This document shows, one piece after another, positions 1 to 13,255 of a DNA stretch of 64,000 bases. Where the stretch lies: positions 3,100,001 through 3,164,000 of the forward strand of contig JAQFVV010000002.1 in assembly GCA_028023455.1 (NCBI GenBank), written 5' to 3'. The stretch is from Epiperipatus broadwayi. Its lineage: Eukaryota; Animalia; Onychophora. How positions within the stretch are numbered: position 1 is the stretch's first letter; the number at the start of each line of letters is the position of its first letter. The position numbers were made by a program, and so were the translations under genes. Below the pieces are notes generated by a model. That model was given only the letters and a program-made list of their open reading frames with translations, was not told the DNA's origin and did no database searches.

Positions 1-709
1 GAATAAACATTTTTCATGAGAGTTTGTACTAATATCTCATTGAAGAAATATATAGATATTTATAAGTGAAAGATATAAATAGCTGAATATTGCAGTAGTG
101 CAATATTTTTCAATAAAGAAATAGTGAACAAAAAAGTTAATACTGTAATTATCATGCAAATCTATTGTCAGTTTCATGATTTTCCTTTGTTGTTTTACCC
201 TCTTGATATCAATTTATTGATAAATTTGGATGTCTGTTTGGATTGTCTCTGCTATGACTTCCTGTTAGAGGAGAAAAAAAACATGTGTTCCTTAGAATTT
301 GGAAAATTTTTCAAATTCAACTTGGATTCAAATCGCAAGCATCAAGATTAGAAGCTGAAATATTAACCATCAGCTTTTCCATCTATATATCATAGAAAGA
401 ATGAAAGAATCTTCCTGCACTAGATAAAAAAACACATCAATACTTCATAAAAATCTTCCATTTTTTCCATTTTTATACAATGTAATAAAAATGTGTAACT
501 TTTGTATATTACCTCAAGTATTTCTTAATTTTTTCTATATCTTTTGAAATTATCTGAAGATTGCATTTAGACAAAATAATCATCCAATTATTGGTCAGCA
601 AATAAACTGCTTTTTCTAAATATTCATGGATATGATAAAATTCTCAATGAAAGTATATTCTTAAGTGAAATTAATTGTAATGTATGTAAAATTTAATAAA
701 AGTACTTAC

Positions 710-848
710 TGTATTAAAAGCATAAAAAAATTTGTTAATCCGATGTTATAGATAGCCCAGGTTATGTATTTTGCTTCATTGAAATAAGATTCAGCGTGTC
801 TAACGATGTAACATATACGAATACCCCAGAGCAAGAATAACGCCTCTC
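710..848 (-). CDS. CG31760-like: GPCR exon, TM5-TM6: (G)[45 protein letters not shown]
   Basis: ttttag| acceptor, CA|gtaagt donor; 139 nt, phase 1 to 2; FNEAKY motif of class C GPCRs; next exon not found in 1-709. Confidence 0.96.
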
Positions 849-1409
849 CTAAAAAGTAAAAAAAAAGAATCAATTTAGAAAATAGTTGTTTAATTAACAT
901 TCAATTGTTCAAAGTATTTGTTATTATACTAGTTCTGCATGACTAAATAAAGAGTTTCTGAATTAATTGAAACATTATTTTATATGCATATAAATTGTTC
1001 ATTGTGCTATATATTAGATCTATATAAATAAGATAAGGGAATTTGCATCATTTTTGTTTTGTTATTTTTTATGATCAGATAAAAATATTTATAAAAAAGA
1101 TTTTACAAAATTTATATTCAGCAATCATGTATAAAAGAAAAAAAGGCAATGAAATGTTTTACTAATGTCACATTTATTGCTTTTATTAATATTATTACAT
1201 TAATAATAAAATTGAATATCTAGAATTTTGTAAAATGGTGTGAAAAAAAGCTGATAATGATATAATTACATATAATATTGAATTAGCACAGAAAGATATA
1301 AAAATAAATAAAAGTCTCAAGAGATGGAAATATTTAAAAAGAAATGACAAATCCTGAAATGTATAGAAGAGTTCTATCAAGAATTATAAAGAACAAGAAA
1401 AATTACCTT

Positions 1410-1516
1410 CTTTTTTTTCCTCATGTGTCATGGCATTATCCGGGAAGCGAATCGCTAACCCGGGGCAACTGCTTGTAAAGCAGCCGTCGCTGACCTCTCG
1501 ACCACCAATGCTTGAC
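1410..1516 (-). mobile_element. tRNA-Gly(TCC)-derived SINE, copy 1
   Basis: Minus strand GTCAAGCATTGGTGGTCGAGAGGTCAGCGACGGCTGCTTTACAAGCAGTTGCCCCGGGTTAGCGATTCGCTTCCCGG...ATGACACATGAGG(A)8; 12-bp TSD aaaaattacctt at 1398-1409 and 1517-1528. Confidence 0.88.
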
Positions 1517-1540
1517 AAAAATTACCTTGTGTGATTACAA

Positions 1541-3000
1541 TATATTCCTAAATGCTTAGGATTTTAAATGAAGAAGTGAGAAATGAATTTATATCTATGA
1601 AGAAAAGAAAAGCTCCTGGCAATGATGCAATTATAATTTCTATTTTAAAAGTACTAGGTCAAAAAAAATTTTTTTTTTTGGTAAAGATATATATACCAAA
1701 TGTCTAAATGATAAAGATGTATCAGATGATTGGAATAATGCACTATTAACATCAATATTTTAAAAAGGTGATAAAGAAGATATTAGAAATTACAGACATA
1801 TCAGCCTTTTGTCACTTCTATACCAACTATGATAATTACAACTCATCTACAATGAACTTTTAATATATATATATCAAGTATTAAGAGAAATTATAAATAG
1901 AATGAATGAATATGAATTGCCATTATGCTTTGGATTTATGAATTACGAAAAGGCATTTGATACTATAAGCATTTCTTCAATGATTAAAGCATTGGATCAT
2001 CAAGGTATATATATATATGTATCCAGGATATTATCATATTCTGAAAAATATTTGCAAAAATGCAACAGTAGCAACATAATAATACTAAAGAGATTAACAT
2101 TAAAAAGTATGTGATGATAGGGTGACTCCATACCTCCAAACCTTTGTACAGTAATTTTGCAAGAAGTATTTTGTGGATTAAAATGGGAAACTAAGAAATA
2201 AAAGTAAATGGATATTATTAAAGTCATCTAGATTTTGCAGATTACGTAATTGTTTTGCAAATAGTGCTTTAGAGCTTCATGAAATATTGCAAGAGTTGTC
2301 AGATGAAAATAAGAAAATGGGAATAAAGGTAAATATTAAAAAGTCTAAAGCAATGTTCAATGGATTTTTTCAAAAGAAGAAAATAAAAATTGATAAGAAT
2401 AATTTAAAAGAAGTTAATAACCTCATATACTTTGGTCATGTTATTCTTACAGATGGAAACATAATGGTTGAAATTAATCATAGAATTAAACTTGGTTTGA
2501 GCACTTTTGATAGAAAAAAAGAAATATACCTATGTGTTTTCGAAGGTTTTTAATAAATGTATTTTATAAGTTCTTACTTTTGATATGACATGGATGCTTA
2601 ACAAAAGAGCAATCTAGAGAATTCAGACCTCTCAACAAAGTATGGAGAGATGTATGATAGAAGTAACAAGAAGAAATCAAAAATTAAATATATGGGTGAG
2701 AGAACAAACAGAGATCACTGACATCATTGAAAGAAAAAAGACTGAAGTTGACCTGGACTGAATATATTATTAGAAGAGATGACAATAGATGTACAGTTGG
2801 AATATGAAATCTTAAACTGTTTTCCAAGAGATTGTTAAAGGAGTAGAAAGAGACTACATGTGGGATGAATGGATGACATAAGGAAGTGTGCTGGGTCATG
2901 TGGAAAAAAGAGGCCAGTGATTGGAGAAGATGGATTGAATTGAAGAAACCTTCATTTTTGCAGTCAGTCAATACTGACTGATAATAGTGATGATGATAAT
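1541..3000 (+). mobile_element. 5'-truncated, degenerate RTE-clade LINE (RT plus 3' end)
   Basis: Frameshifted peptides EEVRNEFISMKKRKAPGND, EYELPLCFGFMNYEKAFDTI, QGDSIPP-like, HLDFAD, GIKVNIKKSK, EINHRIKLG, WVREQT, DWRRWIELKKPSFLQ; ends in a (GAT/AAT)n tail. Confidence 0.88.
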
Positions 3001-4379
3001 TCTTGTCATTTGTATTATTTTTCTTAAAACTCTACTCACTGAAAACTACATAAAAATAACATTATTTATAGAAGAGAATAATTAATTTTAACTTTAATAT
3101 TTTTATTATTTTTATTTTATGAGTTTTGTTGTTACATTGAGATCTTTTAGTAGTAAAGAAGCCATATTGAATGCTTACAATATTTTAGTGCATATTACTA
3201 GAACTTTATCATTAGAATGCAAAACAATAATGTTTGAAATAGAACACTTTCTTGAAATCAAGCTATCAAAAAAGGAATCAGAAGATTCATTTACTCCAAA
3301 AAAATCTATAAAGTACAATAAATTCAAAATCATTAAATCAGAAGAAATGCTTGAATCTAATTATTTGACAAGCAAACAAATTTCTACATACTATCAAGTA
3401 TTATGATCTTAAAAAAAAAAACATGAATAAAATAATTAATTAAAAAATTCAAATGCAAAAGATTTCCATAAAAATATAAAATCATTAGAAGTCAGACAAT
3501 AATAAAATGAATTCTAATACAAATAAAACAATTAATGCATTGTTTAAAAAAGATTGTCAATCATATGCAGTCATGACAGATTTTCTCCATTTTAATACAT
3601 TGATAGGCTTATGATACAATCTTAAACTAAACTGCTTTTGAATAAATGTTTTTAATACATATTGGTAAGCATCATTTTTGTTAACCAATGTTTAAAAATA
3701 TATCCAGAAAATTTTGAATATATTCAAATTCTGGATAATATCTGACATATGGATGAGTTTCGTTCATGAACATTCATGTGTATTAAATATTTTTGTAATT
3801 TCTCAAAAAGTAATGTCAAAACTAAGAAAAGTCTATAAATAGAAAATTAAACTTTACTTCAAAAGAAGCTAATCCACTGATTTATATTATGATTACACAT
3901 TCTATTTTCACTTGATAAGAGTTATATCCCCCAAAAAACTAATCAATAATTGAGCACCTATATATTATGTGCTATTTGTATCATATGAGATAAAGACAGT
4001 TTACACTATTATATTTTTATAAAGAAGATGCCCTATGCTGCAATAAGAATAAATTGTAGGTTAAGAGTAGTTCCAGGATAATAATGACATAGAATGAGAT
4101 ACTTGTTTTAAATAAATGAGTCGAAATGAAGCCAAACAAATCATTATCGATTAATTTAAATTAACACTTGTCATTATAAGTATATTATGAAAATGCTGTC
4201 ATCTTTTGTTAATACACAATTTAGTATTGTCTAATTCATATGTAGGACACATATTTGTGTTTTTACTTCGGGTAAAGTCTTGACTGCACATGCTTATATT
4301 TAGAGTTACTTTATATTAATTTGCATTCAGAAAATGAAATACATGTTGTCATAACTTTGACATTCTAAATCACTTATTC

Positions 4380-5110
4380 TTTCTCACAAACACTCAGGAA
4401 ATTCTAAAACTGCTTCAAGACCTTTTACTTTATAAACTGAAATTAAAAAAAGGGTATTTGATAACAATATAAGAATTTCTTAAATGTTTAATAACTTGAA
4501 GGTCAGTATAAATAAGAATTTAATTCAGAAAATGACCCTGAACAATGTCCAGAACATCCAAAAAAGATTAATCTGGTAAATCAAATACATGAAATAATAA
4601 AATAAAATTATTGATTTAGAATTTTCAACTTCCAATATAAGTGAAAAGAATAAAAAAAAGGATGTTCAATATATAAAAGCCTAGAAATAGTATGCATAAT
4701 TCAAAAGAAATAAAATCTAAGCAACACATAATGTATAAAAGGGCATTGAACAATAAAGAAACCACATCAATATTCTTGGAGCATGAACAGACTACTGGAT
4801 ACAGATTCAAACCCACCAAACCTACAATAGTATATATATATATAGAGAGAGAGAAATGATTATAGGCGTAAAATAAAAGAAGCCTACTTCATAAATAATG
4901 ACACTCATTTAATAAACAAAAATGACAACTGTTTCACCATTTCAAAATGATGGACAAATTAATCTAAACAAAATAAAATGCCAAAATCTATGATACAATA
5001 AACATGTAACTAATTTCCATAAATTAGAACACACCTGTTCATTACTATCGTCTGCATTCAGCTATGAGTACGAAGTCTAGGAACTTCGAAAGCACTTAGC
5101 GCAGATAAAT
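4380..5110 (+). mobile_element. Degenerate Penelope-like element 3' part (GIY-YIG endonuclease C-terminus plus hammerhead-like motif)
   Basis: Peptides TSIFLEHEQTTGYRFKPTKPTIV and ERNDYRRKIKEAYFINNDTHLINKND resemble the PLE endonuclease end (compare 49731..50201: KRKIKEAMLIY...LIN); followed by the motif at 5052-5104. Confidence 0.65.
5052..5104 (+). ncRNA. Minimal type-I hammerhead-like motif, A3-U8 variant
   Basis: GCT-ATGAGTA-C-GAAGT-CTAGGA-ACTTC-GAA-AGCACT-T-AGC: stem I GCT/AGC (plus CTGC/GCAG), stem II GAAGT/ACTTC, near-palindromic helix III, NUH site CUU. Confidence 0.55.
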
Positions 5111-5949
5111 ATATAATTTTTACAAAATTAAACTTCTCTAACAAGCGTGTTAGCACAGAATTATTGATATAATATCATTTCACATCTAAACATTATAAGA
5201 ATAACTATTAAAAAAAATGAAAAAGTCATTTTATAAACATTTAATTTTAAAGAACTGTTTATTGATCAGAAAAAAGATTTACATAAATTATGGTTTACTT
5301 TAAAATGTAAAAGGTAAAATTTAATTCTGATATATATATATATTTTTTTTACAAAATCAGACATTTATAATTTGAGACAGCACTAAAAATTAAAATTTGC
5401 AAAAACTTAGCATAAATACAATATATAATGAAAAATAGTGATATATAAAGAATAGTATTAATCATCTAAAAGAATGATTATTTTGATAGTAAATTAAATT
5501 AAATGACACAATCAAACATGGTAGTAATGAGAAAGAAACCACACATAAAGTAGCCAAATAAATATTGGTAAATACATGAGAATAGTATTTATTTTTTCAG
5601 GTTTAATGACAGACAGACATGGATACTTTCTTAATTTCAAATGAAGATAAAGTAACACCTTAGAAACTAAAGTAAAAATTAGAAAGAAGAAAATTTTTTG
5701 CAATTGTAAATGGGCAAACAACATCTAAATGTGCAATGAGCATTTTCTTGGAGACAAAAAAAGTAATGAAAAAAAACTACAAGTTGTTTTTTATTAGAAA
5801 TTCTACACATTTGTATTCTGGATGCTAAAATATAAATTTCCAAATGATATATTTTTTTTGTTATTAATAACTCAGAAGTATTGTTTTCCAACTTATCCCA
5901 TTCTGATATTTTTTTCTAAGCAATAGAGATTGGTATGGTTGAAAAACAA

Positions 5950-6350
5950 TGGAGATAAAATCTAATGCATTTATAATAAATTTATTTTTAAGGAATGGTG
6001 TTCTAATGATGGGAGTGATAGAATTGTAATTTTGGATGTGTGGAGATGATATTAGTAATTTAGATATTTCATTAAGTATCCTCTGCATATGAAAGGCATG
6101 AATCATATAATAAGATAATCCATTAAACTTTGAATTTTTCTGAGTGGTTGGGAAACCAATGGAAATTGTGTTTTTTTCCCCTGTAGCAATTTTGGGTAAA
6201 GTGAGTTGATATTTTTATAAAAAAAAATCAGTAGAAATAAAGATGATTTATGGAAAGAATGTGTTTCTATTGAAACCTTGGCATGGAATAAAAAGTATAT
6301 TTTGGAAAGTAAATTAATAATTTTACCAATTGAAAATACAAGATAGTTTT
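5950..6350 (+). mobile_element. Possible highly degenerate Ty3/Gypsy integrase remnant
   Basis: Broken peptides NGVLMMG-DRIVIL and WHGIKV resemble Gypsy integrase xGxRIVIP and RHGIP motifs; many stops. Confidence 0.25.
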
Positions 6351-7618
6351 GAACTAAAGGTCTTAAACTACTGTAAGATAGATTTCAGGAAAACCTAAAA
6401 ATTTATAAGGAATGCAGTATAAGAAGAAATTACACTAATAGTAAAAGATTTAATTTCTTTTTGCTAATTGTAAAAGAATATTCTTCAGAATAATTGTCTA
6501 ATATATCAGAAAGTTATCATATAATATTCAATTGACCAAACACTTTACTACTTTTACAATGCTTTATTGTCCACCCTTTCCTGCAGTTAATTTAATATTA
6601 TATGATATACATTGGGCAATGCAATAGGAAACAGTAGTTATTATATCAGAAAATTGTAGCAGATAATTTTGGACAGAATATGAAATCATCCAAGAAAGAT
6701 ATATGTGTGATGATTGATTGAGAATCGAAGTATAAATTACAATTACTTTTCCTATTTTTAAAAGTGAAGGATTAATATGATAAAAATAATTTACTGAAAG
6801 AGAAAGCTTGAGGCATGGAATTGTAAAAATAAATCCCAATGTTATTTTTCAATTCAGAATTTAAATGAATTTACTTATTTAAGAGATGTGTCAAATTGTT
6901 GGTTAGTAATTGAGTCATATAGAGGTAAAGTAAAGATTATTAATAATGTGAATTCATATGGATATATGATCAATAAAATGGTAGATCATAGAGAAGTCAA
7001 CCAACTTAGATATAATAGAGAAAACATTTGGTTAGCATGAATAACAGGACATATGCTGTTGGATATGAAAGCAAGTTTAATAGTGATTTTGTTTATTTGG
7101 AAATATGATGACTTGTTTAAATTGACCAATCACAGAAGAATACATAATGAGACAGTTAAGGGCTTTCTGCTTAAATTTAAAATGAAAACATATGTAAGGA
7201 AGTTTGTTTTCTCCAGTTATCTAAATCAAGTAAAGATTATGGGAGAGATGGTCAATTATTTAGGTTTATAATGAAAATCCCATAGAATGTAACCATCAAA
7301 CTAACTGTGAGGATAATTCTGATAAATTCTGGATTTCCTAACTGACAAATAGCAAAGTTGGGTTAATTTCACTTATATTCCTGAATGAGCAAAAGGACTG
7401 ATTCCAGATTATTCGTTAGACTGAGCACTTTTTACTTTTAAATCTTCGTATTACATGAAATACAGATCCCAAGTGTACATAAATAGAAGCCTTGTATTCT
7501 AACCATGATTATAAACATTTTCCAAAATAAACGAATAAACTAACATAAATAGAAGTCCATTGCTTGATAAAATTTAGATGTTCATTTTGATAAAAGTTTT
7601 TATTTTATATTTTTTTTA

Positions 7619-7690
7619 GCCCACATGGTTTAGCATAGTTAGTAGAACATCTGACTTGGGATTGGTAGGTTCCAGAATTGATCCTGGAAC
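7619..7690 (+). mobile_element. Degenerate tRNA-like (SINE-head) sequence
   Basis: A-box-like TAGCATAGTTAGTAGAACA and B-box-like GAATTGATCCTGG at tRNA spacing; does not form a clean cloverleaf. Confidence 0.3.
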
Positions 7691-10600
7691 TCAAAGTTTT
7701 GGTGCTCAAACTTATTATGAACTCCTGATAAGTAAATCATACACATTTTTTTATTAATTTTAGATTCTGTACTGCAAAAGCAAACACATTGACACCATAA
7801 TACATAAGATTATGCCAAAAAACTCATTAAAAACTGAGGCACAGTATTCTCTATGAATTTATACCTATGATATTCTCAAGCAAATATTTTTATAAATTTA
7901 TTAATTTTTTTTGACAATTTTAATAGTCTATAGAGTATTCACCTAGTCAAACATTTATATTATTTTTGACATTAACACTTAAGGGGGAAAAACCCTAAAA
8001 ACCCAGCTTGTACTATTCTGTGGTAAGGTATATGAGTTTTACACAATTTGTAATGATTATTGCAAAATTAAAAATACAGTTAATGTAAAGATTAGACAAC
8101 TCTTTTAGTCTCTCTATTTGTGCACTATCTATTGTAAGCTTTAGTAATCAAAATATGCCAGATAACTAAGCTTAAGAAATCTGTATTTAGTACCGACTTA
8201 TCCAAATATCACTAGACTAATTTCTAGAGTGGTTGTGCTTAAGAAATCTGTATCCGTATCTGGTTGTTCTATCATTGAGGAGCTTTTTATATTTTTTGAA
8301 TCATACATTTGGATCTTTTGGATCTTGTATTTTCCCTTTAGCAATCATTTTATGAACTTTTATTATACTGTCATGCTGTCAATCTAAATTGAAATCTTTT
8401 TAATTTATTCAATTTAAGCTCATTTTCTTACTTTGTTACACAGATGTGAAACTGGTTCAGTTTCTGTATATTATGGTGATCTTAATTTTTTTTTATAAGT
8501 TTAAGCAATTTTACACTTTGGCCAAAATTAGTATAATACTGATAATACATCAGCTTGATCAACAATACATCATGTGATTCCAGCTTAAAAGTTTGCTAAT
8601 GAATAGCGATGTGTAAACTGTTACCAGGTAATGTATTGTAAGTCATGTGAAGTATTATTGTGTTTCTAGTGTAACAATTATGACTGATAATTTATCTTAC
8701 TGCTATTTATTGTAAATTTCTATTTTTTTATGTAATAAGGATTTTTTCAATAATAGTAACAACTTTAGTAAAACAAATAACTAAGAGATATATGAACTTA
8801 GATCATTTTAATCAGTTTCTATCTTTTATATCTAATATTATTCCTTTCACATTATTTATAATCTTTTCATTTAATTCAAATAAGATGTTTCATAGTTGCA
8901 TGTTAAAATACACAAAAATAGCTTATTTAATTTTTTATATTTTAAAATGTGACTCACATAATTGCTTTATGTAATAAAAGTTTTATTCCTTTGCTTATTT
9001 CTCTCATTTGTTTTAATTAGTTAGAATGTGTTTAAATAAAATTATCTATTTTTCACTGTTATCGACATTCACATTCATATTTTTAATTCATATAAATCTG
9101 TTTCTAAGATTACCAATTTTTGTCTTTCATTATATAAATCCGTTATTAAAATTAATCAGTACTGATTAAAACAAGCAAGAAATAATGGGTGATCATTATT
9201 TATTTTAATTGCTTTTTCTCTCTGTAAATGTTTACAAAACTAGTAATAAATATATAAAAAGAAGGTGAAATATCTTTATTCTTGAAAGTTCATAAAAAAA
9301 ATTTTGAGGACAAAAGTGCTAGCAATGGAATTGATCCAAGGACCTATATTTCAGAATTTGACACACTATTCCTGCACAAAAATAAAGTAAAACAAAAATA
9401 AAGTAAAACATATTAGTCTACATATTAATTTTCTGCAGCATTATAATAAAGTAATAAAATGTATTATTTATGCTGCAAAAAAAAAAAAATTACATGAAAA
9501 ACCATAATGAGAGCAATAATGGCAACTAAGTGATATTCCTACATTACTCTTATCTAATCAGTTTCAGCTGGCTGAGTTTGTTGTAGGAGATACTGGATAT
9601 ATATTAGTCTTCACTCAATAGAAGTTAATTAAGCATCCAATCATTTCTAGAATCTTGTCATTTGCCTAAACCATGATGATGTTGCAGCTGTAATTATATG
9701 TTAGATTCTTTCTGTCATCTAATATTAATTATTAAACGCCTTTAGGAAAATTCAAACATTATTTAAACTTTTTAAAAACATTCATCTGTTAATCTTGTGT
9801 ACTCTTACTAACAGTTGAATATATTTGAAAAGTTTAAATAAATTTTGAATTTTTCTAAAGACATTTAACAATTAAAATTAGATGATGGAAATAGTACAGT
9901 TTATAACTACTCTAAGCTCTTGACACATAAATCAATCACTTATATAGCTATATAGATTTACTATTATATAAATCAAAAGTTTCAGTATTAAAATAACTAA
10001 TTATTCTTGACCTGTGGCAACAAATATATAAGTGCATAAAAGTGCATTAATTTCCACCAATAACATGTTTAATTCAAAAACAATTATATAAGCAATTACT
10101 AAAATAACATTATGATTTTTATTTAATAGAATGCATCACTAGTATTGATTGATTTACTTAGAAAGGAAGTTAAGTTAAACTTATTGGCTTTTAATATCTT
10201 TCTGCAACAAGATCAAATGTGTTTATTAACTTAAAGTGAGATTATTAAGTATATAGTAGTTCTGTATAAGTTAAAATATTTTAATATGATTTAAAATTAA
10301 TAAATTGTTTAGGATAAAAAGTGACCACTGATTTGAGGATAGAAATCTGTCCCCTACCAGAAGAATGTTAAACTAGAAACTGGTCATATAATCTAGTCTC
10401 CTCATTTCTTACAATATGACTTTGGAAGATAGAAAAAAAAAAAAATCATTAAATCAATTAATAAAAGTTGGAAAAATGACTGTGCTGCTTATTTTTGTAA
10501 ATCTAAAAGATTTCTAAACTAGTAACAATAATAATTCACATGTGAAACTAATTAATAATCTTTTTAACTGTAAATATAATTATATAAAATTAATATTCAA

Positions 10601-11807
10601 TGATGAGAATTGGGATTTACTATTTCAGGATAATGATTTTGAGATTATCTACAGACTAGTTTCAATAAGAAGCACTTTATTGCTAATATCTATACTGAAT
10701 CACTCTTAACTAAACTAATGTACTAAAGTATCAAAAAACTGTAACACCAATGGACTTTTAGCAAAGGTATAATATATATATCAAAACAATGCGTTGAATT
10801 ATTTGTTTTGTATTATAGTTTTTAAAATGTGAGTATTTTTTTTATATGAAAGACTAAAATGAATATTTTAATTGAAATAAAACATCACAAACATACATTT
10901 AAAAAATGCATTAAAAGCAATAATTAATTCAAGGCAAATTGATAGGCTTCAAAAAAGTTGTTTAAAATTTTCATATTATTAGTTTAAATTATCATTATCA
11001 TTTTGAATTATTATTCGTCAACTATAGGATAAAAGTCTTTTTAAAGTTTAATCCACTTTCTCTAATCCATAGCTTCTAATTTTGTTTCACATCAGCAAAC
11101 TTCCTTATATCATCAGCCAAACTCACATGTTAACTTTTTCTAGATTTCTTTTATAATCTTTTGGAATTCAATTTAAAATGTTTATTTAGTATCATCTCTT
11201 CGAGTGACCAAATTAACTGATTAAAAAAATGAAAATATATGGGAATGAATGAAGTGTTAAATAATTATAAAATTAATGTTGAAGAAATAGAAAACAGAAA
11301 AAGTATTATACTAATAATACAACGATTAAAATTAACACTTTGATTCTTAAAAGAAGAGGAAATTACTTGAAAAAAATAAACTACCATTTAAACATTGCGT
11401 GTGTCTGTACACTGGATGTATATACTGCGAAAAACAAAAGATTTATTTTATTTAATAGTATTCAAATTCACTTTCTAATATATTAACTCTGTTTAATTTA
11501 AATGATTTTTTTAAATTTAGTTTTGAAAAAATGAAATTTAGTCAAAAAGTATTACCTGCTGTGCGTTCAAACTCTTCAAAGTTTTAAAAAAGTGAAAAAT
11601 GTGTGTACGCAGGCATATTCCAGCAATCTGTTCACCCCATTCTCAGCATTCACACATAATCATATATCATACACTACTTATATATTATTCGATATTTATT
11701 TGAAAAAAAAAATCTGGTGTACTGAATTGCATAAGAAGATTTATATATATTCATACATGCACGCACATACGAAGTCAAATAAGACTGCATAGTAAATACA
11801 TATTTAC

Positions 11808-12022
11808 CAATTACTAGGCTGTGGTCCCACCATGTGTAAGAACATTGATGAAATTTTAGATCATTTGAATCAATAAGAATATCAGTATCAGGTGGTATAG
11901 AAACTGTCCACGTTGATAAATAAATAATCATCACCAAAAGAATAGGAAATAGCCACTGCAGAAGTTGCTTATCTGTTAGCTTAATTTTATGGGCTGATTT
12001 TACTCTGTGCGTCAAAGAAACT
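11808..12022 (-). CDS. CG31760-like: GPCR exon, ICL2-TM4-ECL2: [41 protein letters not shown]...[13 protein letters not shown]
   Basis: tatttcag| acceptor, G|gtaaat donor; 215 nt, phase 2 to 1; overlaps ORF 11674..12015. Confidence 0.96.
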
Positions 12023-12112
12023 CTGAAATAATTTGACTAATTAGATAAAATATCATTTAAAATAGAGATGCATGTTCACACAAATGGTCAAATAAAATTG
12101 CATTTTTTATAC

Positions 12113-12222
12113 CTCCATGTTTTAAGCAGCAAAGCACTATAAGTAACACCAAAACCAAGGTGACGGGTCCATTTAATAGCTATACAACTGTAAATATTTG
12201 GCATGGGAAAAATTGCAGCCAT
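12113..12222 (-). CDS. CG31760-like: GPCR exon, TM3: [36 protein letters not shown](R)
   Basis: tattttag| acceptor, AG|gtataa donor; 110 nt; class C [20 protein letters not shown] motif. Confidence 0.96.
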
Positions 12223-12332
12223 CTAAAATACACGCATATATATACAATTGCAATTCAAAATAGTAACACTTAAAACATTTTAAATTTATATCTTGGTATA
12301 ATTTTAATATTAATATTAAAAAATCAAATATT

Positions 12333-12950
12333 TAGAATTGCCAGATTTATGAATAACATAATGGGGACAAGAGAAGAAGAGATCTATTATGATTCACCTC
12401 ACGGTCCACTGAAGGATCAATCAAAATTTTTTTAAAAAAAATACAATTAAGAATGTCAATTTTAAAAGATATTTTTAGCCAGGATAAAAATCCTGTAGAG
12501 GTGATCACAGCTATTGTCCTTTCCACTTTGCTGAATGTATGCAATCTATTATGTAAAATAAGATACAGCATAGACACCCAAAGATTCAAAATTGGTACAT
12601 TCAGTAAAAAGATAATATCATCAATATACATTTACTATAAATATAAAATAGAAACTAATACAAAATTTTTCTTTTTCATTATAAATGACATATACACATG
12701 TAAAGGCTTTCAGGTTTCTCTAAGGAGACATTACCATGAATGGCAGCTTAAAAAGTAGTTAGGTTTAGTTTAGCAATTAATGATTACTTATGAAAAGCAA
12801 AACAAGTGGAAAAGCATAATTTCCAGGATTTATTTTTTTATTTTATAGTTTTGATAAACTGGGATATTCAACATCCAGAAAATTTTAATTAGGACTTTTG
12901 AAATCCCAAATCAGGACAATTCTGGAAAACTGGGACATCTGGCAGTTTTA
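12333..12950. mobile_element. Putative non-autonomous hAT-like element in the 782-nt intron
   Basis: Inverted ends tagaattgccagat / atctggcagtttta; right end (reverse complement ctgccagatgtcccagttttccag) resembles the hAT TAGGGTTGCCAGATGTCCCG-type terminus; candidate 8-bp TSD only 5/8 identical. Confidence 0.35.
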
Positions 12951-13004
12951 AGTATATTTGATCAAAAATATAAACTACTTCTAAAAAAAATAATAAAGAC
13001 TTAC

Positions 13005-13073
13005 TTCTGAATACATAATAATAGCTCCCAAAATAGTTAAACATAAAAAGATAGGACTAGCTACTTTAATAAC
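13005..13073 (-). CDS. CG31760-like: GPCR exon, TM2: VIKVASPIFLCLTILGAIIMYSE
   Basis: attacag| acceptor, GAA|gtaagt donor; 69 nt, phase 0-0; KVASPIFL family motif. Confidence 0.95.
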
Positions 13074-13170
13074 CTGTAATGTTAAAATATACACAAATTA
13101 AGTCTTTATTTTTTTATTTTTGTTAGATAATAATCAAAAATGAAATCATTAACAGTTCTTAAATTCATAC

Positions 13171-13255
13171 CTTGATTTTTCTAAATTTGTATACAAATCC
13201 CACTAGGCACATTGTGAAAAGAATGCATGCCACAGAAATTGCAAGTAAAGGAATT
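13171..13255 (-). CDS. CG31760-like: GPCR exon, TM1: (R)IPLLAISVACILFTMCLVGFVYKFRKIK
   Basis: ttcag| acceptor, AAG|gtatga donor; 85 nt, phase 2 to 0. Confidence 0.92.

Noticed and set aside
124-351. 75-aa ORF or next GPCR exon (a tctaacag acceptor-like site on the minus strand)
   Set aside because: All three frames after the acceptor hit stops, and none encodes the expected TM7 sequence.
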